In this document: piece by piece, positions 12,901-26,027 of the stretch
How positions within the stretch are numbered: the stretch's first letter is position 1
Layout of the letters: each line of letters starts with the position of its first letter
Source of the DNA: Gnetum montanum
Lineage: Eukaryota > Plantae > Gnetophyta
Assembly (NCBI GenBank): GCA_015680685.1
Contig: MNCI01001360.1
Span: forward strand, 269,623-333,622
Direction: 5' to 3'
Length of the DNA stretch: 64,000 nt
The notes under the pieces: generated by a model
Database searches by the model: none
Told to the model about the DNA's origin: nothing
The model's input: the letters and a program-made list of their open reading frames with translations, nothing else
Translations under genes and position numbers: made by a program

Positions 12901-14251
12901 ATACTTAGCAACTCACTTCCCAACCCATCTAGCATAATTTCTAACTCTACAAATAGTTTGCTTCTACTAGTCAATCCAACCAATAGCACTAGTAGGATTT
13001 TTTTCTGCATTTCATAAAGACTTCAAAATATTTTTCCCACTTGATCTTGTGAAAATATTAGCATTCATATAAAAAAGCTCATGCTTTTGAAAGGAGGAAG
13101 AATTAATTTCAAAGAGAAAAATGCTAATAAGAAAATGGTCTAACAAAGTAGCATCTGTATGCACCTCTATTTTCCTTATAGGCTTCTAAAAGAAAACATT
13201 AGAGATGTAAAATCTATCAATTCAATAATAAATTTTATTATTCCTTATTGATAATTACATAAAGGTTAATACTTATTTGAATGATGTGGGAATAAATAGC
13301 TAACATTAAAAAGAAAATATTTTTCTTTAAAAGTACACTAAGCTTCTTTTTCTTGAGAAGACATATCAGGTGGAAGACTTCCAAGTTATTCTAAATGACT
13401 TTTAACTATATTAAAATCACTGCTAATAATTTAAGGAACCTTAGGTAGAGATGGAAGATATTTATAAACCTATAATCAATCTTTCGAATTAGTAAGAGCA
13501 TATATATTATAGAGTTCAAAGTCTTCTTTTTCACTATGATAAGTAATCCTAATAACTCTTTCAAGATTATCAAAACCTTAATTCAAAACTTTTCTAGTAT
13601 AATTTTTATCAACAAGATGAGAAACACCTCTTTTTATTACCTTCATGAGTAGTAGAAAAAACAATACAGTCTTCTAACATACATTTACTAATAAAACTAA
13701 TAACTTGCAATGAAATTTTAATTTTTTGTAAGAAAAGAAAATTTGAAGATAAATGCTAGTTTGAAAGATAGTTCTTAGCAATCTTTTCTTAGGACCTATT
13801 AGAAAGAACCTAAACATTCCATGATAAAACTAACATTGAGAAATAGGGGAGGAGGTTCCCATTCCTGATTTTTCAACCTCAATATTTGTCTCATAATCTA
13901 TATCATTAATAAGTGAAAAGAAATTATTGGATAACAAACCATTTAGAATAGTAATAGAAATAGAGAAAGAATGAGATGCCTTTGTGGTTTTAAATTGAAA
14001 GCAACATCTACAGGCCTCTTCTTTTTATCTTGCACTAAGTAAAATCTATTTGCATCAATACTTTCATTATTAGTCCCTACTAGAAATTTGTTTGTTCTAA
14101 AAAGAAATTTACTTTAGATATTAATAGTTTACTAGCACTTCTAAAATTAAAAAAATTAGTAAAAGGTTTAGAACTTTTTGAAGAAGATTTCATATATGCC
14201 TATTGAAAACTACAATTATTTGTTTTTTTTGAATATTATTGTTTCTTTTCC
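9979..14251 (-). mobile_element. L1-clade LINE relic (ORF1 end, APE endonuclease, RT), interrupted by a solo LTR
   Basis: Minus-strand peptides KALSFDGFLIKFFKKHWDII, SNWRPIILFNNTYKILAKCIA (ORF 12186-12470) and AFIKLDYAKAY|(D)MIEW; ORF2 start MLVLSWNV near 13836. Confidence 0.9.
10952..12023 (-). repeat. Family A solo LTR inserted in the LINE RT
   Basis: TG..CA termini; TSD ATGAG/ATAAG (4/5); removing it restores the KLDYAKAY-DMIEW motif. Confidence 0.9.
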
Positions 14252-14343
14252 NNNNNNNNNNNNNNNNNNNNNNNNNNNNNNNNNNNNNNNNNNNNNNNNN
14301 NNNNNNNNNNNNNNNNNNNNNNNNNNNNNNNNNNNNNNNNNNN

Positions 14344-17300
14344 AAAAAATATCCCTTCATGATACATATTTCTTAAATTATTGGATTTATTTTCTTGAAT
14401 AAGGGATTCACACTTGTAATTTAGCTATCCTTGAATGCTATGGAATTAACCTTTTGGATACATACTATTTTTTTGAATCTTTTTTGCTTCTTGAACTAGC
14501 CAATTTTGAAATGGTTGAGAAATGCTTAGATCTAACAGTTTTTATGAATCAACATAATGCTTTTATTACTTGAGAATGAAAAGTGGAGTTTGATCCCTAT
14601 TCTTGTAGCTACTCTAAAATTTCTTATTGGATTAAATTTGAAAAGCTCCATGTTATTTTAATCCCTATTCCTAAATTATGGACAGTATTGGCATAATCTT
14701 GAAGACTTATTAAAAACATTACTAGTTGATGTACACCACACATGTTATTTTCTAAAGATTGATTTATGGTAGAGGAAGACATAATTAAAAGTTAAAGTTG
14801 GTAATAAGTATTTTTCCTAGAAAATTACATAGTATAATTTGCAAGGATGTTGTAGCTATTATTATCATAAAAACCATATGATTGGAATTTAGCCTATTCC
14901 CAATAAAAACGTTATTTGTGTGGAAAAGAAACAACAATTTTTAGAAAAGGCAAATAATGATAGTTTTTAATAGGAACAAATGAAATCTTCTTCAACAAGT
15001 TCTCAACCTTTTACTAATCCTTTTAATTCTAAAGATTTCGGTGAACTCTTGATATCTTAAGCGAATTCCTCTTTAGAAAAATAAAGGACTTTTTAAAAAG
15101 GATTAGCAATGGAAATACTGATTCAAATGGATTTCACTTAGCACAACATAAAAAGAAGAGGCATGCAAATATTGCTTTCCATTTAATAGCCCTAAAGGTA
15201 TCTCCTTCTCTTTCTACTACTACTATTATTTTAAATGTTTTTTTATTGAATAATGCTTTTTCATCTATTAGTAACATATATTATGAGACAATTGTTGAGC
15301 TTGAAAAATCAAGCATGGGAGTCTCATCCTTCACATCTTAATGTTAGTTTTACATGGAATGTCTTGGGTGTTTTTAAAAGTTCCTAAGCAAAGATTGTTG
15401 AGAAGTATTTTTCAAACCAACATTTATCTCTAGATTTTCTTTTCTTGCAAGAAATTAAGATTTCAATGCATAATTTTAGTTTTCTTGATAAATGCAGTTT
15501 AAAAAAATTGCATTATTATTTTTGGTACCCATGAAGTTAATAAAGGAGAATTTATTATTCTTGTTAATAAAAACTAGATTGGAAAAGTTTTGAATTTTGG
15601 TCTTGACAACCTTGAAAGAGTTATTTGAATTACTTATCATAGTAATAAAAAAGAGAGTTTGAACTTTGTAATATTTATGTTCTTAATAATTCAAAAAATT
15701 AATTAGAGGGTTGAAAATATGTTCTATCTTTGCCTAATGTTCCTTTGAAGAAGCATCAAGTTGCTAAGTGTATGTTTCAAGTTGAAGAAGATTTTGAAGA
15801 ATTTGTCAAGCAAATGCAAATTCTTTTAAACCTAAATCCCTTTGATTTTGAAACTCAAAAATCCTTAGCTAAAGCTCATTATGCTAAACATTATTGGAAT
15901 GGTTTTGAAGCTAAAAGTGATCTCACTAAAAGTGTTTAAAGTTCTAAAAGGAAAAGGTGAAGTACCTAATTTGGAATCATGTTAAGTAAATGATTCCATC
16001 ATTAAATATCTTGAGAGTATTAATAACCTTTTAGGAATCATTTTTCTTTAAAAGATTTTAGCAAGAAATCCTTTTAGGTCTCTAGTATGCTTATTCCTCA
16101 TCTTATAATAGAAGAACATCAAAGTATTCTTAAAGAAAAAATTATAGTGGATGAAATTAAACTAATGGCCTTTAGTTTCGTAGATGTTAAACCTCTAGGT
16201 TTTAATGGTTTTCCAATTGAATTTTTTAAGAAGCATTGAGGCATCATTGAAGATAATCTCTTTCATATTTTCAAAGAAGTCATTAAAAAAGTCTCTTAGT
16301 AAAAATATTAATAAAGGTATAATTCTTCTTCTTCTTAACAATAGAGATCTTCAAAATATTAGTAATTAAAGACATATTACTCTTCTTAACAATATTTATA
16401 GACTTTTAGCTAAATGCATGATATGTCAAATTTAAAAGGTTATTGAAGATATCATCACACTTAAGTAGATTGGTTTTATTAAAGATAGACATATCTTAAA
16501 TAATGTTATTGCAGCCTAGGAAAATATGCAGTGGGCTTTTGGTACTAATCAAGATATTACTTTTATTAAGTTAGATTATTACGGAGCTTATGACACGATT
16601 GAATGAAATTGCATTATTTCTTACCTCTATAGATCAGGATTTGGTGATTATTTTATTTATCTTATATGTACCTTGCTTACTAATGCTAATGCTCAAGTTG
16701 CTACTAGTTTTGGATTAAGTTCCTTCTATTCTCTTCAATGATTAGTTTGTTAAGGTCATCTCCTAGCTCTCTTTCTTTTTATTATTACTATAGACTTTCT
16801 TTCACATCATGTACATGATGATGTACAAAGGAATATCATTAAGGGAATTTTAATTGATGATAAAGGTATATAATTACTTAACATGTACTTTGCAAATGAT
16901 TTTTTTTTTATAATCAAAAATTCTTTGCAACATATCATTACTCTTTTAGTTAGAGTGGAGGACTACTCCACGTTATCTAGTTTTCGAATTAATTAACAAA
17001 TATCTTATGTTTATTGTAATGATAATATTGAGTGTGTTACTCTTAGGTGTTGGAAAATATTAAAAAGGATTCTATCTTCAAAATTTTAGAACTATTTTTT
17101 TCTTTTAAGCCTAATCTTACTATTTTTTTTTTTGAAATGATGTGATTGATTAAATTAAAAAGAAGCTTAATAAATGAAAAGAAAAGAAAATGCTTACCAT
17201 TATTGGTAAAGTTTTAGCTATTAAAAAAATGTTTTAATCAACTCATTTTTGTTACTCTAGTTATTGGGCTCATTCTAAAACTTCTTATGATTGAATTGAT

Positions 17301-18960
17301 CATATCATTCATTACTTTCTTTGCTCTGCTAAGTAACATAGAAAAGGATTTTGTAGACTTACTTGGGATATTTAGTACTAACAAAGATAGAAAACTTAGC
17401 CTCATTAATTGCTATAACCAAAGTATTTCTCTTGCAGCAAAATGTATTGCAAAGTACATTAATGGAGATGATGTTTGAATAATTATTTTAAGAAATAGAC
17501 TTCTGCAAGGAAAATCTAAAATTGATAATAGTTAATCTTCTAATAACTTTCTTCATCGTATTCTTGTTCCTTAGGTCATTTTTATTCATGATTCTTCAAT
17601 TCTTAAATAAATTTAAAAGACATGATGCAAGCTTAGTAAATATTTAAATTAAAATCATATTATAGTTTCAGAAGATATGCTTAAGTAAATTAGTCCATGG
17701 TGACTTTCTTTTAATGAAGGTGCGTAAGCTTCTAATGCATCTAGATTGTGTACTACTTGGAGCAAATTTGGTATTACTACAGTTTCTTATCTACATATGT
17801 ATGATATATGGATTACTTAAAATGAAGCTACTATCCTCTATGGTTCTAATAGTAAGAGGAAAAAGAAATTTGAAAAATTAATTACTAAACTTAAAAATTT
17901 ATTTAAAAGGAAAAATAAAAGAAATGAAGTGAAGCTTTATTACATTCAAATACTCATAATATTTATTGGACAAATATTAAATTTTCATGAAAACTAAAGA
18001 TAGACTATACAAATTAACCATGCACTAATGGGGGCATTAAAAACAAATCATGCAAGTTTTTTGCTATAAAATTATAACACTATTTTAAATGGGTAATCGC
18101 AACATAAGAAAGAAATATATGCAACTCATTTTCAAGGGCTCTTAATCTACACAACCTGCAAATGTGTTCTTCTTGGTGGAGTTGAATCCATCTTTCCCTT
18201 TTCCAAATATTTTTTTAGAAGGATGGTAGATTTGTTTTTCCTTTTAATTCAAAAGTTGCTTATGTGATTATTACAAAGAATGATTTTATTCACAAAAATT
18301 TTAGGAAGGCCTTAAAAATGCAATAATCATCTCACTTTTAACTAAGGAAAATTAAATATATTTGAAGAGCTCCTACGTTTTCTAAAAATCATATTTTTTA
18401 TGGTGTCTTATTCATCAAGGTCTTCCTATTGACACTTGTCTTAAACATATGATAAGTGTTTCTTCTCAATGTCCTTTTTGTAGAAGTATTTATTTTCTCA
18501 TTTTTTTGAGTGTCTTATTGCTTAGCATACTTGGAAATGGACATATAGAATCTGTAACAAGTTTAAACCAAGCATCAATAAAGTAATTCTTGGTGATCAA
18601 CCTACTTTGTCTACTTCTTTTCTTTACATTTGGAATTTTTTTTGACCACTTATTGTCTACTCTATTTGAAAGCTTCACTATGCACTTATTTTCCAATAGT
18701 AAGAACATAACTATGACCTCTCTTTAGGAGTTAAATACTAGATTATTAGAGATATCACTTTCATCTACAACTTAAGGTAAAAAAGCTTCTAGTGAAAGTT
18801 GAGCAATTAATTTATTTTCTATAGTATTAGTTTTTTTTTTGGTTTTAGAGGCTCAAGAATGGAAAGCTTTCAGCTTTTTTTTGTTATTTTTTTTATTTTT
18901 GATTAATGTATACTTTTGTCTCTAGAGAGAGTTTTCTTCTTCTCTTTACAAGAAATCATT
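14344..18960 (+). mobile_element. L1-clade LINE relic, same family as 9979-14251
   Basis: ORF1 remnant at 14350-15330; ORF2 start ATGTTAGTTTTACATGGAATGTC at ~15341; RT motifs GFNGFPIEFFKKH, FIKLDYYGAYD, MYFAND; T-rich 3' tail. The 3' end is approximate. Confidence 0.88.
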
Positions 18961-19054
18961 TTCTAAAAAGTGAAAACTTGTGAAGGTGCTTCTAAATACG
19001 GGCAAAGCTTGGTGCTTTTCCTATCCCAAAGAAGAGGTTTTTTAGGATTAGTAA

Positions 19055-19129
19055 AGAGTGAGGTGTTAGCGTAATGGTTAGACTCTCAATTTGAAAGCAG
19101 CAAGTCATGGGTTTGATTTTAATGGGCAA
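19055..19129 (+). mobile_element. tRNA(Gln)-like head of a candidate SINE; the body continues at 29923-29998 after the family B insertion
   Basis: A-box-like TAGCGTAATGG and B-box-like GGTTTGATT. Joining across the GGCAA TSD gives a sequence that aligns to 31395-31520 and to the reverse complement of 31561-31642. Confidence 0.55.
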
Positions 19130-20422
19130 TGTAGCAATTGAAAAATTTGGTTTCTAAAAAACCAAAAATCCTAGTGTAATAGCTTTAACCTCGAATCCCC
19201 AGGGCCTTCAAAAAAATGGGATTTAGGGTGCCCTGGATAGGCTAGTAGATCACCCAGGGACCTATGAACATGCAAAATGGAGGTAGAAAAAATAAAAATG
19301 CAATGCAGATCTGAGAAAATAAATGGATTGAAATGGAACAAATAAATCTATCTTGCACACAAATAGAACTACAAACTTTATTTTAAAAGAAATAAATAAT
19401 GGTTCAAGAAATGTGTACAAACATGTTCCTGAGGTAGTAGGAGGGGGTTCACTTTGGTGGGGCTTGGAATCGGTTACTCCATGATTTGGATGCTCTAGAA
19501 CTCCTAATTCTTTTGAACCTTTATTGCTTCTTACACCAAATCTGCAAGAAGAAGGGGTGTTATAGGGGGGGAGGTAACAATTGTCCAAAAAGGGGGTTCC
19601 ATGTTGGGGATTTAAGAGGCTTTGTACGTGTTCAAAGCTCTTGAATGCAAAAATGCTTACCAAAAATGCTAAAGTGTGTGAGTGCTAAGGGGTTGGAACC
19701 TTATAATGGTGTTTGGGATTAGTTTATATAGGATTTTGGCCTTAATTTTTGCTATAAATTGGCTAAAATTTGTTTGCAAATTTCTATTACGTTTTAGGTG
19801 GGGTAGGTGAGATCCACCCCAATGCATCCACACTACCTAACCCCTCCACATTGGTTAACCCCTCCATGCTAGGGGAAAATCTTTCACACTGGGAGCAAAT
19901 CTTCCATGTTGAGCATGCAATCTTCATGCTAGAGTTGATGTCAAAATCTTGGCCATGTTGCTTAGGAGGTGTCAACATTGAGGGGGATGAGATCAATGCT
20001 GGGAGGTGAAGGCCAAACCCCTCTAGGCCGAGTTACATCCCTCTTCATGCTAGGGGTAGGTGAGATCCACCCCCATGCACTCCTCCACATTGGCTTTGAT
20101 GTCTCCTAGTTGGATTACCTCCAACAAGGGTTTGTTAGCATAGAAAAGTGTATACCCCCAATAAAACCCATCAAATTGCCATTTTTGACATTCCAAAAGG
20201 TATTTGTAACCCTCTCAAGCCCAAATATAAATATTAAGTGACTCTTTTCACTTGGGGGATAAGGCTTTGACCACTTATGAGGTATTTTTCAGTTCCAAAA
20301 GTATGAAATATGTGAGATTGCCCCTCATGGGTTACAACCTTCACATTTACAATAAAGTTTTATCTTTGGTTTCATGGGATGGGGTTACAAAGGTTATAAC
20401 ATGCAAATTTGGTGGTGTTTCA
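19130..20422 (-). repeat. Family B 3' LTR
   Basis: Minus strand TGAAACACC...TGCTACA; homologous to 59250-60734. Confidence 0.85.
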
Positions 20423-21291
20423 TTGGCCCCTCTTTGTTGGTGTCTAGAGGATTGACTCGAGAGGCACCAACAAAGAATACAAACATCATTATAGGTCCAC
20501 CACTGACGTTTCCTCTTTGCGCTTGATCCAGTTATGTCAAACTATGATGAAGAGTGCTTGGGATGATGGTATAGGGCTATGATGAGATGGTGACAATAGT
20601 CATTAGGGAGATGGTTATGAAGGCTAATAATGCATTCCAAGTGTTGTTATCATGGCTATAACATGATACTGATATGTTTTGAAGTGTTGGTCACTTAGAA
20701 AATGCATTTGAGGACCCAATCACTTCTCTCTAGGATTTCTTTTGGATTTGATGCTTTATTGGCCATTTGGCCCCTTGGAAAATTACTTCCCCATCTTTTT
20801 TTATGCGGGATGAGACCTTCATTAGGTCTCATTGCTAGGGCCAGTTTGAGGTAGTGTTCCCATTGAGTGAGTTGTGTTACACTCAATGAACTTGGTTTTC
20901 CAATTGAAGCAAGGTGTGTTATGCTTGATGGACTTAACAGTTTTTTCACTAAATGAGTTGTGTTACATTTGAGTGGACTTGAGTATGGAACATAGGTCAA
21001 CATTGTTCGCCAAGGGAGGGAAGGTCATAATAAGGCTACGAGGCTAGGCTCAAGGATTGGTGCTAGATGGAGGGCAATGATACAAGCACTCTTAACAAAC
21101 TCATTGAATCATGCACATCGAGGTCACGTGGTGACTTGCTATCGTAATGAGTTGCATCCTTGCAATGGCCTTGGGCTTTATCCTACAAACACAACCAAGA
21201 GGATAAGAAAACCATGCAAACAGAGCATGTTATAATGTTACAATATGTATAGGCCACATAGAATGATAAAACCAAGCTACCTAGGTCACCA

Positions 21292-21475
21292 ATGTTGCCA
21301 GTTTAAGGCTATGGCAGGCCATGGTACCAATTTAAGGCCCTGGCAGGTTGTGGTGCTAGTTTAAGGTTGTAGTAGACCATGGTGGTGGTTTTTAGGCCTT
21401 GGTTGGCCATGGAATCACTGGTTTTAAGCCCTAGCAGGCCATGTTATTGGTTTATGGCCTCGACAGGCCATGGTA
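21292..21475. repeat. Degenerate ~29-bp tandem repeat (GCCAGTTTAAGGCCYTGGCAGGCCATGGT), ~6 units
   Basis: Adjacent units are visible; more units at ~22165-22225, ~22530-22590 and ~25155-25272. Confidence 0.85.
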
Positions 21476-24358
21476 ATGCTTCTCTATCATGCCAAAGATG
21501 TTATATAGGCTCACTTGTTGTAGATCATCAAAGTTGTCAACATTAGTCATCCATTGCAACTTGTCAATAATGATAAAAAACACTACAAGCAAACATGTGA
21601 GCCTTAGATATGACTGAGGCCATGTGATGACCTTAATGTTGCATAATAAGGGTTTGAGTTTGCTATGAATAGGCGTAAGTTCTAGTGAGGAACTTGGTTC
21701 TATGTGTTTTCTTCTCACCATTGTGGTTTAGATGGGAATTTTGTCTAGGGGACCCTCCGTGATGCTTCTAGTTTCAAGGTGACTAGTCATTGGTCTACTT
21801 CAAGGTGTTATAGTTGTATGGTGCAATGGTTTCAAAGCTCAAGGTTTGGATATTTAAGGTCAACTTGGTTTGACAATGTCATAAGAGGAGTTTACTTAGG
21901 CTTTAAGGCTAGTCGAGTTTGCTTCCTCATCCTCTTAGCTCAATCCACATGACAACATAAGCACATCAAGTGGCACATGTGTAACAAAATGATAAAAATT
22001 AATAAAAACCAATAGAATAATGCTAACAATAATGCAAAATCCCATGGTAATAATGCATAGATGAGACAAAATGTTGCAACAAAGGCTATACAAGTATCCA
22101 AATAAAGTTAAAAGAGGCTATAAAGTAATACAATGTGATGTAGGGTCAAACATGGTTACACTTTTGCTAATTTTTGGCCTTGGCAAGCCATGTTGCCAGT
22201 TTAAAGCCTTAGTAGGCCATGGTTACATGGTGTCAAATGATGATCAAAGGTAGTCAAACCCCATTATCTAACACCAATCAAAGGCTAAGCAAAGGTTAAA
22301 TGTGGTTAATAGAGGTCATAAGGGAGAGAATAAGGTGATTATAGAGAGATAAATGTCAAATTATGCATAATGGAATCAAGTAAAGGCCAAATCATGGTCA
22401 AAACCATATAAAATGGTGTTAGATGAGGTTAAGCAAGGTTAAAACATGGTCGGGACAAAGCCAAACAAGGTCAAATAAGGTAAAGTAGGCTATATATGGC
22501 CCAACATGGTCAGTTAAGGCCACATTTTGCTAGTTTTAGGCCTTGGTGGGTTGTTTTGCCAGTTTAAGGCCTTAGCGGGCCATGGCCACATGGTGTCAAA
22601 TGATGGTCAAACCCCATTATCTAACACCAATTAAAGGCTAAACAAAGGTTAAACTTGGTTAATAAAGATCATTATGGGCAATGCAAATATCGAGATTCAA
22701 GAGGGGATGATGTACCAACGTGGCACAAAGAGGGAGAATAAGGATTGTTTGTTCCAGATTCTTGGACACCCTATAATTTTGAAACTAAATTAACCTAACA
22801 CCTTGAGGACTAACTTACATACCATGATTTTTGATAACCATAGTATACTATAATACTGATAATATTAGCACCTCTTTTTTAAAAAGTCACGTCATAGTTT
22901 TGGGTAAATATAGTATAATGGTATTAGTGCTACTCAAAAGATCCACGTTGGTAGTACAGGCAGTTAAATGCAATTGAATGATGCTAAAAGAATTTAAAAG
23001 TTGAATTTATTACCACATAGACACGATAAACACACCACCGAAAAAAAAAATGGCATATGGGTTAGCCCTAGCGGTTTGACTATAATTATTATAAGCATGC
23101 CACTCTTCCAAAACCACGTCTATTACGGAAAGCCAAGCACAAACAAATGGGTCCAACCGAATTTTCTATTAAGCAGACTAGTTCTTATTACTGTTCGCGA
23201 CAATTAACTTCGCGGGTAATGACTTAACCAAAGACGAGAAGCATCCATGAATGACAGAAAGTGATACCTTCTTCTTAGTGCGTTGCTGTCTCAATATTTG
23301 GAGATAAAAAAGACAATCCTGTCACATCCTACTTCTTAATCGCCAATGCCACACTTTCTTTTGTTTTTCTAATGCAAGTGCACTATTTTTTTTGGGTTAA
23401 AAAATAACGTCCTCCGTATTCACCCCCGTGCAGCAAGTGGTTTACTCCACTATTTTAATTTTGGCTTCCACAACTGTCTTCTGGCGGAATCTGTGGATCT
23501 TAATCGTGTTTGGTTTATTCTTTACTGGGTATTCATTCAGAACTTTCATATCACCACCGCCATTGTTGCAATGCTGCTACTGTTCTGTCGTCTCCTGCCA
23601 AAAGTTAGTTCGTTAATTTAATTTTTTGTTTATTTGTTGCGGTGTTCAGATCTATTTTAATTTCTTGTGAAAATTGAGTGTTTTTGCAGGGTGTATCCCT
23701 CTTGAATTTCAGTCTCCAGAGTTAACTTACTGTCAATTTAAACTTGGGAGTGCTCCTGGAAATAAAACAAACAACCAGCTTAACCGGTGTGCTATTTCCA
23801 TGCCAGTTGCCTTTACAATTACACCAATGTGGTTTTATGCCTCATGCACACGATGGGCTCTCAAACAACTCCCAGATACAGTTTTCATTGCCAGCCACCT
23901 ACTAGAAGACTGCATTTTTTTATTCAAGTTTTGTTTATTTGTGCTTTTAAACAGAGAATGTAATGGAAGCACTTGAGAAGTTACAGTTTTGAGCTACGGC
24001 TAAGGCACTACGTCACCTGTGTTAATGGTGCCTGAGGGGATCATACAGTTAATGGTTCTTCTTATGAATACCTTAAGACAGTCATAGGTTCTGTGATGCA
24101 TACAAGTAGCAACGAGACTTACAGGTTTGTTGAGTCACTAGTTTGTATTAAGTTGGTTCACTTGTTGCACTTGTATTTTAAAAGGGATGGTTATCCTGTT
24201 CTCTTTGACAAAATGGCTAAATGGTGAACAAATAGCTTGTGCTGATGTGTAGTTCTCTTGTGTTTAACATATTCATTTATATTTCTTGTTGATTCTTGCT
24301 ATCTATCTTGGTATATCTGTCCACGCTTTTCTATGATATGACTGAAATTGTAGAATAG

Positions 24359-24684
24359 AATGTTGTTGTCCAAAGTCTGGTAGAGCATGATTGGCTCAGA
24401 GCTCTGCGAATGACTACATATGGATTCTTTTTTATATAGGCCGAATTCACGTGGCATGAGATTCTCGACACTGTTTTGCCTAGGCAAAATTTAACAAACA
24501 CTATCATAAAGGTGATTTTAAATTGGATTATTCTTGGCCCCCATGTTATTGTTGCTGTTTTTGGATGGAACGGTCTCTGGCGGGGAAAACTTAAAGAGCT
24601 TTCAAGAAAGTAGAAAAATGATGCTCTATCTACGCTTGTGAATGGGTTGAAATTCTGGATTCTTGCTACGATGGTAAATTTTGG
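24359..24684 (+). pseudogene. Mpv17/PMP22-family membrane protein gene fragment (host-derived)
   Basis: VEHDWLRALRMTTYGFFLYRPNS-(frameshift)-WHEILDTVLPRQNLTNTIIKVILNWIILGPHVIVAVFGWNGLWRGKLKELSRK*KNDALSTLVNGLKFWILATMVNF matches the plant HDWLRALRM...NQIVLGP...FWIP..NF subfamily as I recall it. It is preceded by an intron-like tract ending in AG; stop at 24611. Confidence 0.88.
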
Positions 24685-25604
24685 GTTGCAAGTCATGATG
24701 GCAATGAAGTTGGTAGCCATGCTGATGGTTGTTCTTTTGCCCCTTCTTATGGCTTGGTCTTGATTACCATTGACCCAGCTATGTCTAGTTCTTTCAGCTA
24801 CATCATTGTTGCATCTTTTCTATTTGGCTATAATGGTCACAAAACCATGCATTGTTTTTGTTGTTGTATGTTGCATAGTGCAACTATGGTAATAGGCATA
24901 TGGACATTTTGGTATTTTTTGATTATTGTCACACAGTATGACTATGATTATGATTAGCTTTAGAATAATATGGTTTATATATTTCATATAAACACAGATG
25001 TAATAAGGCCATAAATTAAAAGTAGTAGATAAAATGTGTTCTAATGACAGTTGTAAACCAAGGCATATGTGTATAAGTAAACTCACATACGATGCTATTA
25101 GGTGGATTGGCTACAATGTTGGTATAGGGATGAGAGTAAGAGTTTGTTATGCTCATTAGTTTTAAGCCCCAACAAGCCATAAAGCTACCAGTTTTAGGTC
25201 TTGGCAGGCCATTAAATTGCCAATTTTAGGCCTTAGTGGGCCATGGGATTGCTAATTTTAGGCCTTAGCGATCCTTCGTTCGTACATTATCTAACAAGTG
25301 TGGAATGCTCTGAAAGAGCACATAAGGCTAAAGCCAACATTGAAACATGATATAATGTTGTAAAGGTAAATAAATGGTTGGTAAAAGTATGGATGAGACG
25401 TTTACCATAAACTTGTTGCTTGATCTTTGAAAAACCAATAAATCCTTTTAGCATGATCTTATGGTCATCGTTTCTCTTGTTTAACATGGCAAGTTGTAGG
25501 CATTTTCGTTGACTGTCTCATGTCATAGAGTTGGCATTACTCGCATTGTTGTTGGCCCTAGTTTGAGTATCAAGAGTTTCCTCTTGAAACTCCACCTCTA
25601 AACC

Positions 25605-26018
25605 TCAGTCAATGTTGACATAATTAACCGAAGGTAGCAACACGTTGTCCCCATGGATTACAATTTCCACATCCTCGTATGACAAGTGAATCTCATGATG
25701 TATAGGAAATGAAATTGTTTGAGGGTTTGCTAACCATGGCCTTCCCAAGATCAAGTTGAAACTAGGTGTCTCTTCAACTACTAGGAAGTTGGCAAATGTA
25801 GGAAATTGCTCATCAGCTACAAGATCCAAAGTGATGGACCCTTGCACTGCTACTCGTGAGCCATTTGAGGTGGTGGTTGCTTTGATGTTCTTGGTTAGGC
25901 CTAGTTTGTCAACAATGGAATATGGTACCATATTCATGGTCATCCCATCATCCACGTGAACACGATGTACCTTGTACCTACCAACACGTATGGTAATAAA
26001 GAGAGGAGTAGACACCAC
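25605..26018 (-). pseudogene. Retroviral-type aspartic protease of the family B element
   Basis: PLFITIRVGRYKVHRVHVDDGMTMNM...FLVVEETPSFNLILGRPWL. Confidence 0.88.
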
Positions 26019-26027
26019 TTCTCTATT

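Noticed and set aside
19060-19130. Functional tRNA gene
   Set aside because: No good acceptor stem, a mutated B box, and a shared non-tRNA body in other copies; treated as a tRNA-derived repeat.
21292-21475. ~29-bp partly palindromic repeats resembling a CRISPR array
   Set aside because: The units are adjacent with no unique spacers, they are degenerate, the context is a eukaryotic TE, and there are no cas genes.
22744-24684. Intact resident host gene, or a Helitron/Pack-type carrier
   Set aside because: It has a frameshift, a stop and missing ends, and lies between one element's TSDs. I could not find TIRs, a TSD or Helitron TC...CTRR ends, although they are not formally excluded.
24331-24720. 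129-aa minus-strand ORF
   Set aside because: It is the antisense shadow of the plus-strand Mpv17/PMP22 fragment.
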